Shown piece by piece: positions 9,655 through 17,621 of a stretch of DNA of 64,000 bases. Below the pieces are notes generated by a model. The model searched no databases and was not told the DNA's origin. It saw only the letters and a list, made by a program, of their open reading frames with translations. Source of the DNA: Deltaproteobacteria bacterium (lineage in GTDB: Bacteria; Myxococcota_A; Polyangia; Fen-1088); NCBI GenBank assembly GCA_033763315.1, contig JANRKS010000022.1, positions 32,001-96,000 on the forward strand. The letters run 5' to 3'. The position numbers were made by a program, and so were the translations under genes. Position 1 is the stretch's first letter. Every line of letters starts with the position of its first letter.

Positions 9655-10713
9655 TCATTTACAGACGCGACGTACGTCTTCGCAGGTCTTGCCCATGGGG
9701 CAGTCCTCGGTGGTCCGGCACGAAGTCACGCCGTCAACGGCGAGATCAAGTACGGCCTCAGCGGTGACGTTAAACTCGACGCATCCGTTACCAACCGTTT
9801 TTGATTCAACCGAACGGCGCTTCAATGTCATCGTCGGAAATCCCGAAACACCCAGGGTCGAGAGCGCATCAACCAAGGCTGCGGGTATCTCGAACGAGCC
9901 TGTGTCGGGGGCGTCGCACTCAAGTTGCTGTGAGGTGGTGCCGTGGTTGTCAAGACTCACCACCATGTACACGCGCGCGCCGGAGCTCACGAGGGGCGGC
10001 TTCCACGAAAGGGTGATAGGCAAACCCTTCTTAACGGCAGGCGTGGTGGAGGTGACCTCAAGCGGCGCGATCCCTTTCGTGCTCAATGTGAACGCGGGAT
10101 AATCGCCGCCTGACGATGACAACGTGACGTCAGCACCCTCCGTTACGCCGGGGTATGCGATCGTTTCTTTGTTCGTGTAGAACTTGGTGCCCGACGGCGT
10201 CGCCGTCAGCGCTTGGGTTAAACCTGTGAGCGTGAGGGTGCCCAAGTCCTTTTGTTTGGGGCTTGCCACACACTTGGAATCAAGCCCACACAATGGTGTG
10301 TCACCCGTGCATGCCGGTGAACATTGCCTGATTGTTTGCTTCGAGACGCGGCAGACGCCGGAGGACTGCGTGACAGAGAAGACTTCCAGTGGGTTCACAC
10401 CGTCCTTTACGCTGCCCTGAAAGATGGTAAGCGAGGTGCCGTTATCGGTTTTCATGCCAAGCTCGAATTGGCCCACTTTCGACGTAGGGTCGCACGGCCG
10501 GTAGTTCGCCTCTTGGGGCTGCGTGGCCCCGCCCGCACCTGTGGCCCCGCCCCCCCCGCTGCCGCCGGTTGCGCCCTTGCCGCCCGACCCGCCCGCGCCC
10601 TCGTCCGAGCCGCCGCAGGCCACCGCCGCCACGCAGACGAGCACCGCTACCCACAAATTGGCTATTCTGGGCCCTGTCAAAGCCGCTAAACGAGAAGAAC
10701 ATGCCGAATTCAT
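9655..10713 (-). CDS. Cys-rich lipoprotein of unknown function
   Basis: Lipobox-like AVAC followed by a Gly linker; paired Cys motifs including C-terminal CRTTEDCPMGKTC...VC. Start ATG 10713 is uncertain. Confidence 0.65.
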   Translation of the reverse strand: MNSACSSRLAALTGPRIANLWVAVLVCVAAVACGGSDEGAGGSGGKGATGGSGGGGATGAGGATQPQEANYRPCDPTSKVGQFELGMKTDNGTSLTIFQGSVKDGVNPLEVFSVTQSSGVCRVSKQTIRQCSPACTGDTPLCGLDSKCVASPKQKDLGTLTLTGLTQALTATPSGTKFYTNKETIAYPGVTEGADVTLSSSGGDYPAFTLSTKGIAPLEVTSTTPAVKKGLPITLSWKPPLVSSGARVYMVVSLDNHGTTSQQLECDAPDTGSFEIPAALVDALSTLGVSGFPTMTLKRRSVESKTVGNGCVEFNVTAEAVLDLAVDGVTSCRTTEDCPMGKTCEDVRRVCK

Positions 10714-10989
10714 TGGGTTAATCAAAGCCCGAATTGGAGCGGGACAAGGTAAAAAAGCGGGCTTTTGAGCTGAATGTGAGGCGCGAAGCATGTTTGAACC
10801 GGCAGGTTTGTGGCGCTTTGTGTGCCGATTCCGTCAAAGTTTCGCGGACGAAAGGCAACAAAAACGAATGTTTCGGCTTCGGTCACATGGCATTTGGGCA
10901 AAGCAATCCGTTACGAAAAGTGCTACGACCTCGGGCTCAATCTTTAGAAACCCACCCCCTGCTTTCGCGAAAAGCAAACGAGGAAACGC

Positions 10990-12063
10990 ATGTCCAAGAT
11001 GAAATTGAAGCCTGGCGTTTTGACGGGTTCCGCCGTCAAAGAAGTTTTCGCTTACATGAAGGAGACGCAATGCGCCCTTCCTGCGGTCAACGTCATCGGC
11101 TCGAACAGCACCACGGCCGCGTTCCAGGCCGCCAAAGAAGCCAACGCCCCCGTCATCATTCAGTACTCGAACGGCGGCGCGCAGTTCAACGCAGGCAAGG
11201 CGATGGTGAACGACAAACTTCAAGCCTGCATCGCGGGCGCCGTGGCAGGTGCCCACTACGTGCGTTCATTGTCTGAGGCCTACGGCGTTCCGGTGATCTT
11301 GCACACCGACCACGCTTCGGAAAAATTCATTCCTTGGGTGGAAGGCATGTTGGATCACAGCGAAAAGTATTTCGCCGTGAACAAAGAGCCGCTGTTCAGC
11401 TCGCACATGTTGGACCTCAGCGAAATGCCGCTCAAGGAGAATCTGGAGATCTCCGCACGCGTGCTTTCGCGGATGGCGAAGATGGGCATGCTGCTTGAGA
11501 TCGAGCTTGGCGTCACCGGCGGCGAAGAAGACGGCGTTGATAACAGCGAGATCGACAACTCGAAGCTTTACACGCAGCCCTCTGAAGTCATGGCCGCGTA
11601 CGACGCTTTGAAGCCAATCGGTGGCTTCACGGTCGCGGCCTCGTTTGGCAACACGCACGGCGTGTACAAGCCCGGCAACGTGAAGTTGCGGCCAGACATT
11701 TTGAAAAACTCACAAGACGTGATCCAAAAGGAACGCAAGACGGGCCCCAAGCCTGTTGATTTCGTGTTCCACGGTGGTTCTGGTTCATCGCCCGAAGAGA
11801 TCAAGGCCGCAGTGAGCTATGGCGTGATCAAGATGAACATCGACACAGACACGCAATGGGCGTTCTGTGAGCCGATCCGTAAATACATGGATGACAAGAA
11901 AGCTTACTTGCAGTCGCAGCTCGGCAACCCCGAAGGCGAAGACAAGCCCAATAAGAAGTACATCGATCCCCGCGGCTGGCTGTGGCTCGGCGAAAAGGGC
12001 ATGACAGCACGCCTGGTGCAGGCCTTCAAAGATCTGAACTCATTCGGCCAATTCGAGTTCTAA
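10990..12063 (+). CDS. fbaA: Class II fructose-bisphosphate aldolase
   Basis: LPAVNV, ILHTDH, FSSHMLDLS, EIELGVTGGEEDG, SFGNTHGVYKPGNV, VFHGGSGS, KMNIDTDTQWA, PNKKYIDPR. Confidence 0.96.
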   Translation: MSKMKLKPGVLTGSAVKEVFAYMKETQCALPAVNVIGSNSTTAAFQAAKEANAPVIIQYSNGGAQFNAGKAMVNDKLQACIAGAVAGAHYVRSLSEAYGVPVILHTDHASEKFIPWVEGMLDHSEKYFAVNKEPLFSSHMLDLSEMPLKENLEISARVLSRMAKMGMLLEIELGVTGGEEDGVDNSEIDNSKLYTQPSEVMAAYDALKPIGGFTVAASFGNTHGVYKPGNVKLRPDILKNSQDVIQKERKTGPKPVDFVFHGGSGSSPEEIKAAVSYGVIKMNIDTDTQWAFCEPIRKYMDDKKAYLQSQLGNPEGEDKPNKKYIDPRGWLWLGEKGMTARLVQAFKDLNSFGQFEF

Positions 12064-12083
12064 AAACGCCGCCGGCACAACAC

Positions 12084-12125
12084 AAAGGGCGCCCCCGGTT
12101 CATGCCAGGGCGCCCTTTCGTTTTT
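12084..12125 (+). terminator. Intrinsic terminator after fbaA, probably bidirectional
   Basis: AAAGGGCGCCC...GGGCGCCCTTT stem followed by CGTTTTT; lies between convergent genes. Confidence 0.8.
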
Positions 12126-12130
12126 GCTGC

Positions 12131-14179
12131 TTACTGTCCGCGCCCGGGATGCGGTCGTGCTTGTTTGATCCACACCGTAGGTGTTTTTCCGCTGCCCATG
12201 TCGTCGAATTTAAACTCCACGTCCATGGCGTAAAAGCCCGCGGCCGTGCCGTAGGCGGGCCGGAAGTATTCGTGCACCTTGTCGAGCGCCCCGCCAAGCT
12301 CAAACATTTGCTCACGCGTGATCACCGTTTTACCCGAGCCCACAAGCGAGGAGTGGGCCAAATAGACCGCGGGCTGACCTGGCGAGTAATAATGATAGAT
12401 CAGTTCATCAGTCGTTGTCTTGGAACCGGGCAACACCACCGATGTTTCACCTTTTTGCACGTTGACGTAGAAGGCCGGCTCTAGGCCGGAGGTGTCAAAA
12501 GGGTTTGCCGTCAGAGCCACACCGTTGGCCTCCTCGTCCACAAACGAGACGCTGCACAGGATGGCCATGCCAACGGACTTGTGATCGATGCTGCGATATT
12601 CACGCTCTTCAAACGCGCGAAACAACCACACGCTGGCCCACGTGCTCTTCAGAGCCCTCAGAACGGGACGATCCGGATCTTCGACCTGCCCCGCGTACGA
12701 CTCATACAAACCCGCGCCTGTGAAGCCTTCAAGGTCTTCGGCGTTGGTGCTGGAACGAAACTTCATGCGCGTTCTCGGAAATTCGGTCTTTAGTTTTGCG
12801 AACAACGCTGCCTCAAACGCAGGATCAACCTTCCCCTTAATGATGTCTGCGCGAATGGCAGTCAGTTGTTTATCGCGCGTGGCGGGATCGCTTTTGAACA
12901 AAGGATCGGCCAACATCGCAGCGATCTTTGCCGAGATGCCGTTTTGATCCAGGTGCTGTTGGTAATAGAAGACGGGAATGCCAAAGGCACGGGGAACCGG
13001 AAGACCTGGAATGTGCTTTAGCGAAGAAAAGTGTGCGGCTTTGCCTCCGTAAGAAGGGATCGCCGTTTTGATGGCTTCTCGCAACGGCAAGCTCCCGTCG
13101 TTGGGCACGAGATCTTCGATGTTCTTAAGCGCGGTGACCGTCAAGTCCATGCGGGGCACGCCCACAGCGGCGGGTTTATTCGTCTCCCACCACGCGTCTG
13201 CTTCCGCCACCGGAACTTCAACAATCGTATAAGCAAAGGCCCCCACTTCCAGCTTTACCCATTTGTCCTTCAGCGCCGTAAGCGCCGGGTTGGTAACGGC
13301 TCCGCGCAAACTCATGTTTGGGGTGCGGCGGTTTTGGGAAAGCACGTTTAAATGCGACAGCGGCGTTTGGAAATCTTGCGTGATGATGCCCACCACTGTG
13401 GCGATGTCGTTCGGCACTCGATCCAGAACCACGATGTCGCGGAACGAAAGGTAAGTTTTGTGCAGATCGGCTTCCTTTACAAAACGCAACCGACCGTAAG
13501 ACGTTGCAATGTTGAGCGGTTGGTAATCGATGCCCGTAAAAAGGATCTCGTTGACCAAGAAAGGTACCTCTGGAGGCAGCGTGGCTGCGGTGGCCTCAGC
13601 GGTATCGGACGTGGGGTGAATCACTAAGTCGGTGCCGAAGTACGTTGCGGCTTTGACGGCCGCAAACAACTTGGTTTGCATGGCTGCGTTCGCCGTGTCG
13701 TAGGGAGCTAGCTCTAAGGTCCACACCTTCGCTTGATCGTAGTAGGTGACAGCCGCCAAGATGAAGCGACGATCGGGTGAGTAATATTCAGTTTGGTTGA
13801 ACGACGACAAAGGCGGCACCACGGGTTTGCCGTTGCCTGACAGAGCCATCGACGCAAATTTGTAGTGAACGGGAAACTTTGTGGTGTTCTGAAAATAAAG
13901 CTTATCGCCATCAGCTTGATCCAAAATGACTTTCATCGACCGCGCACCGGGAATGGTTGCGTCCAAAGGCGCGGCAGACAGCTGCACAAAGTCCTCGCGG
14001 CAACCGATGCGATCGAGAAAATCAGGCATGGACGCAGACGGAGCAACGCAGGCGCCTTCAGGGGCCTTGGCCACGGGGACCGCTTGTAAACCGGGGATGC
14101 TGCGTTCTGATTCACCGCCGCCGCAAGCAGCGACAACGACGAACGCAAACCAGAGCGCGCAAAGACCGTGTTTGTTCAT
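12131..14179 (-). CDS. Lipoprotein with phosphohistidine-like domain and C-terminal PEP/pyruvate-binding (PPDK_N, ATP-grasp) domain; dikinase-like
   Basis: Leader MNKHGLCALWFAFVVVAAC (lipobox VAAC); GIITQDFQTPLSHLNVLSQNRRTP His motif; YGGKAAHF, VPRAFGIP, FRSSTNAEDLEGFTGAGLYES, WASVW, MDVEFK, WIKQARP. Confidence 0.82.
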   Translation of the reverse strand: MNKHGLCALWFAFVVVAACGGGESERSIPGLQAVPVAKAPEGACVAPSASMPDFLDRIGCREDFVQLSAAPLDATIPGARSMKVILDQADGDKLYFQNTTKFPVHYKFASMALSGNGKPVVPPLSSFNQTEYYSPDRRFILAAVTYYDQAKVWTLELAPYDTANAAMQTKLFAAVKAATYFGTDLVIHPTSDTAEATAATLPPEVPFLVNEILFTGIDYQPLNIATSYGRLRFVKEADLHKTYLSFRDIVVLDRVPNDIATVVGIITQDFQTPLSHLNVLSQNRRTPNMSLRGAVTNPALTALKDKWVKLEVGAFAYTIVEVPVAEADAWWETNKPAAVGVPRMDLTVTALKNIEDLVPNDGSLPLREAIKTAIPSYGGKAAHFSSLKHIPGLPVPRAFGIPVFYYQQHLDQNGISAKIAAMLADPLFKSDPATRDKQLTAIRADIIKGKVDPAFEAALFAKLKTEFPRTRMKFRSSTNAEDLEGFTGAGLYESYAGQVEDPDRPVLRALKSTWASVWLFRAFEEREYRSIDHKSVGMAILCSVSFVDEEANGVALTANPFDTSGLEPAFYVNVQKGETSVVLPGSKTTTDELIYHYYSPGQPAVYLAHSSLVGSGKTVITREQMFELGGALDKVHEYFRPAYGTAAGFYAMDVEFKFDDMGSGKTPTVWIKQARPHPGRGQ

Positions 14180-14186
14180 GGAGCAC

Positions 14187-14864
14187 CTAAATGTCAAATG
14201 CATACGACAACACGAGGATGTGCAACGACGGATCGCCAACGTCCAAAAGCTTGTCTTCGTAACGATACTCGAAGCCCAAGCGGTGGTTGTTTACCTCAAA
14301 GTCCACTCCGGCCTCCAAACGATACTTATGGAAGCCCGTGCCATCTTGACCAGCAATGGCATAAAAGAGCTCGGTGCCCACGAAGGGGTCCCAGAAGCTA
14401 TCGGTGTCGTAGCCAAAAAGCAGCTCGTCGCGGAACCAATGGCGGTTGTCGGCGGAAAAATCCGAGCTGCGTTGTTCTTGGTAGCGCAGCCGATTCGAAA
14501 CCTTGAACTTGTGGCTTTTCGTTTTGACTCGGACATCGGCGTAAACGCGGTGCCATTCCACAAAGCGTTCAAAGCGGTTGCGCATCTGTAAGTAGCGGTA
14601 ACCAAGCGTTACACGCAGCCACTTCTTGATGTCGTAGTTCCCAGAGAGATCAGGCATCACATTGTCCACGCGCCACGGATCGGTGTGAAACCGGATGTGC
14701 TGATCGAAATCGAGGCGGAGGCGTTTGTTGAAGTTGTAGCGGACACCCACTTTTGTCCACAGCTCTTCGTCAGCGGCTTGCGCAGGCGACGGACGCACCA
14801 TGGGGATCAGCAACGCTGCCCAAAGACATGCAGAAGATACGAGTTTAAATGCAAGACGAAGCAT
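14187..14864 (-). CDS. DUF2490-like outer-membrane beta-barrel protein
   Basis: Signal peptide (AQA); amphipathic strands; NRLRYQEQ, WFRDEL, PFVGTELFY, KYRLEAG; C-terminal YAFDI. Confidence 0.7.
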   Translation of the reverse strand: MLRLAFKLVSSACLWAALLIPMVRPSPAQAADEELWTKVGVRYNFNKRLRLDFDQHIRFHTDPWRVDNVMPDLSGNYDIKKWLRVTLGYRYLQMRNRFERFVEWHRVYADVRVKTKSHKFKVSNRLRYQEQRSSDFSADNRHWFRDELLFGYDTDSFWDPFVGTELFYAIAGQDGTGFHKYRLEAGVDFEVNNHRLGFEYRYEDKLLDVGDPSLHILVLSYAFDI

Positions 14865-14872
14865 GTAAAACT

Positions 14873-15478
14873 TTACGGGCGATGAAAAACAGTGAGGTGA
14901 ACGGTATCCCGCAACAGATCGATCTGCCCCACGGAAACGCGATGAATTTTGAGACCCGTGCGCGCGTGTAAATCGGCAATCAGCTCTGTGCGTTTCTCCG
15001 GCCGAAGCAGATCCAGTTTGTCGTAAAGCACCAATTGCTCGTCTTCAATTCCACCAAACGAGGCCCGTTCAAGAATCACGATGGCCAGCACCGTGATCAC
15101 GTTGACGAACAAAAGTTCAGACACGCTGATCTTCTTGTTCGATAGGCCATTCCAAATGCCTACGCCAATCAGCACGAACAGATAGGTCAGATCGCGGCTG
15201 CGCATGGCTTCGGTACGGTAGCGTAAGATGCCGAACACCGCGAAAAGGCCCAGAGCAAACCCCAGTTCGATGGGCACCTTGCGCAGCAACGTGCAGATGA
15301 ACAGGGTGACCAAGTTCAACATATAGAACACGAAGACGTATTCGCGCCGTCGGTACATCGGGTAATACACGCCCCGGATGACAACCGTGGCCACGAGCAA
15401 ATCGAGGATCAGACGCGTCAGCAGCTTTCCAAAATCTTCGGCATCTAGGAACGCACTCGCACCAAACAATTCAAGCAT
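14873..15478 (-). CDS. DUF4956-like integral membrane protein
   Basis: About five hydrophobic segments; signature GFALGLFAVFGILRYRT...RDLTYLF; soluble tail LIADLHARTGLKI..VSVGQIDLLRD. Overlaps the VTC gene stop. Confidence 0.82.
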   Translation of the reverse strand: MLELFGASAFLDAEDFGKLLTRLILDLLVATVVIRGVYYPMYRRREYVFVFYMLNLVTLFICTLLRKVPIELGFALGLFAVFGILRYRTEAMRSRDLTYLFVLIGVGIWNGLSNKKISVSELLFVNVITVLAIVILERASFGGIEDEQLVLYDKLDLLRPEKRTELIADLHARTGLKIHRVSVGQIDLLRDTVHLTVFHRP

Positions 15479-16238
15479 GCACAAGCCTTTCAATCATTCG
15501 CACAGCCGGACGGAAGGCGTTTACTCGGGTCGCCAATCCCAAAAACGCCACACCGAGAGAGTATTTGCTGAAAGATCGCGCGCGCGCCGATACATCGTGC
15601 AGGGCCTCAGTGAAAGGCGTGCGGCTAAGCGCGTTGGCTTGTTTGATCTCGGTGACCACAAGACGCGATAAATCTTTGCTTACGCTTCCGACCGCAAACG
15701 ACAAAAATATGTCCGAGGTGACGCGTTCACCCAGCACGGGATCAAGCAACGTCAACCGCAAAAAGTTGGTGCCCAGCAGCGGACGCAACGCAGCCGGATC
15801 AAGTTGCGTGTGTTTGCGGATGAAGTTGTAATTGGAAGCCGCAATGGCGTCTTGGCCAAACGTAATCTGTTTCCGTTCCTTCAGGGTCTCGCCCCGGTTT
15901 GTCTTTTGTTTCACTTCGAGATACGAGACTTGGCGATCAGGATAGTGCCGAATGCGCACTTTGAAGCGCGGCCGCTTGCCCCGCGCGTGCTGCATGAACA
16001 TGAACATATCGGGTGTATCGAAATACACGGTCTGGTAGGTGGCTAACGGGCGGCCGGCGGTGGGGAGCACTCGGTACTTCCCCTTCACTTGCTCAAGGAC
16101 CTGCTCCAGTTGTTTGTCACGAAGCACAAACTTTCGGTCGAAGCGGCGCTGCAAGGCCGTGGCCTCAACGTCGGCCCAGGAGGCGGCGGGGAAAGCCGAC
16201 AACAAGACCTCGTCACTGAGATATTGGGGAACGTTCAC
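15471..16238 (-). CDS. VTC-domain (polyphosphate polymerase, CYTH/TTM fold) protein
   Basis: RFDRKF, YQTVYFDT, RFKVRIRHY, YLEVKQK, ERVTSD, VTEIK, FSKY motifs; GTG start at 16238 preceded by GGGAGA. Confidence 0.85.
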   Translation of the reverse strand: MNVPQYLSDEVLLSAFPAASWADVEATALQRRFDRKFVLRDKQLEQVLEQVKGKYRVLPTAGRPLATYQTVYFDTPDMFMFMQHARGKRPRFKVRIRHYPDRQVSYLEVKQKTNRGETLKERKQITFGQDAIAASNYNFIRKHTQLDPAALRPLLGTNFLRLTLLDPVLGERVTSDIFLSFAVGSVSKDLSRLVVTEIKQANALSRTPFTEALHDVSARARSFSKYSLGVAFLGLATRVNAFRPAVRMIERLVHA

Positions 16239-16416
16239 TGCAGATCTCCCAAGGCGCAGCCGCGATGCCAACCGCCGAGCTGAAAGACTAACCTATTGCG
16301 ACGATGAAGTGACAATCGAGTAAATTTTCCGTCAATGCGGTATGTGGGCGGCAGGGCCCCACTTCATCAGCTTTTTTCACGATTTTGTGAGACTCCAGTC
16401 GCACAAAGGCACGGCC

Positions 16417-17601
16417 CTACGGGGCAAGCCAGCGGAACAGTTCTGTGTTTTCGATGGCGGCGGGAAACTGCGCGGCCCCCACCCCCGCCGCGAACAACGG
16501 CACCGGCGCGGCGGTGTGCCAGGTCTCCGCGAAGCTGTGGCGGGGCAGAACGCCCGCCTGGGGTGGCTCGTCGGCCAAAGACAGGCCGCCCGTTTCGTGA
16601 TCGGCCGTGACCACAATCAAGGTGTCACCACGGCCCGCTTGCCATGCAAGTGCGGCCGCCACCGCGCGATCGAGCTCGAGAACCGACGCCACCACATGCT
16701 GCAAATCGTGGGCATGCGCAGCCGTATCGGTGCCTTCATTTTCGACCAGCAAGAAGAACCCCACGGGGTTGCGTGAAAGGAAGCTGATGGCCGTGGCCGC
16801 GACGCCCGAAAGCGCAGGGGGCGTGCTTTCATAGAGCCAGGCAAGCTTGACGGTGCCGGGCATGGGTAACTCCGTTGGAGCTTCGGTGATTGCGGTATAT
16901 CCGGCGGCCGCCGCCACCACGTTGTCAGCATTGACGACGGCCTCGGCGGCCAAAAAATCGGGCCTCACCACGTCGAACAGATCGTGCGCGATGCCATCGT
17001 AGGCATAACGAGAGCTCTGGTGCGCGATGAACGCGGCTGGCGTGGCATCCACGATCGGCGTCTCACGCGTCACAAGGCCGGTGGCCGCACCCAAGGCCTT
17101 CCGCAGCTCAAGCGCCGTGGGCAACGGCGCTCCTCCACCAGGAAGCTGTAAGCCAAGAACTTCATTTTGCACTTTTCTGCCGGTGGCGAACGCTGTGGCC
17201 CCCGCCGCGGAATCGGTGATGCCACCCAAGGCATTGCGGGTAAACATGCGCCCCTTCGTGGGCAAGGTTTCCATCGTCAGGGGCGCAGTGTTGCCATTGG
17301 CAAAGCGACGGGCCGCCTCCACCTGCGCGAAGCCCATGCCATCGCCAATGAACAGAATCACATTGCGCGCGAACGGGGGGCGAGGGGCGGCACGGCGCAG
17401 GTCAGCGGCGAAGGCAGCGTCGTTGGCGCCGGGCCAGCCGCCATCCTCAGCCACACCCGCAGGCGTGCGCGCGTCGGCGCCCAGACCCAGACGCGGTTCA
17501 CGAAACGAATGATCGCCTTCATGGCACGCGGCCAAGCCGGAAAGCACAAGCAGAACGGAAGGCAAAACAACAACGCTTCTCACCTGCAACCGCGTGAACA
17601 T
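16417..17601 (-). CDS. phoA: Alkaline phosphatase (PhoA type), lipoprotein
   Basis: Lipobox LAAC; NVILFIGDGMG, ITDSAAGATAFATG (catalytic Ser), DATPAAF, GFFLLVE, DTAAH, LIVVTADHETGG. Confidence 0.88.
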   Translation of the reverse strand: MFTRLQVRSVVVLPSVLLVLSGLAACHEGDHSFREPRLGLGADARTPAGVAEDGGWPGANDAAFAADLRRAAPRPPFARNVILFIGDGMGFAQVEAARRFANGNTAPLTMETLPTKGRMFTRNALGGITDSAAGATAFATGRKVQNEVLGLQLPGGGAPLPTALELRKALGAATGLVTRETPIVDATPAAFIAHQSSRYAYDGIAHDLFDVVRPDFLAAEAVVNADNVVAAAAGYTAITEAPTELPMPGTVKLAWLYESTPPALSGVAATAISFLSRNPVGFFLLVENEGTDTAAHAHDLQHVVASVLELDRAVAAALAWQAGRGDTLIVVTADHETGGLSLADEPPQAGVLPRHSFAETWHTAAPVPLFAAGVGAAQFPAAIENTELFRWLAP

Positions 17602-17607
17602 GCAGCG

Positions 17608-17613
17608 ATTATA
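17608..17613 (-). promoter_or_regulatory. Perfect -10 hexamer (TATAAT) 6 nt upstream of the phosphatase ATG; possible leaderless promoter
   Basis: Minus strand reads TATAAT-cgctgc-ATG with no Shine-Dalgarno sequence. Confidence 0.45.
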
Positions 17614-17621
17614 GACTCGCT

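Noticed and set aside
12131-14179. Annotation as PEP synthase (ppsA), PPDK or rifampin phosphotransferase
   Set aside because: It has a lipoprotein signal, reversed domain order, and no pyruvate-binding barrel or rifampin-binding domain.
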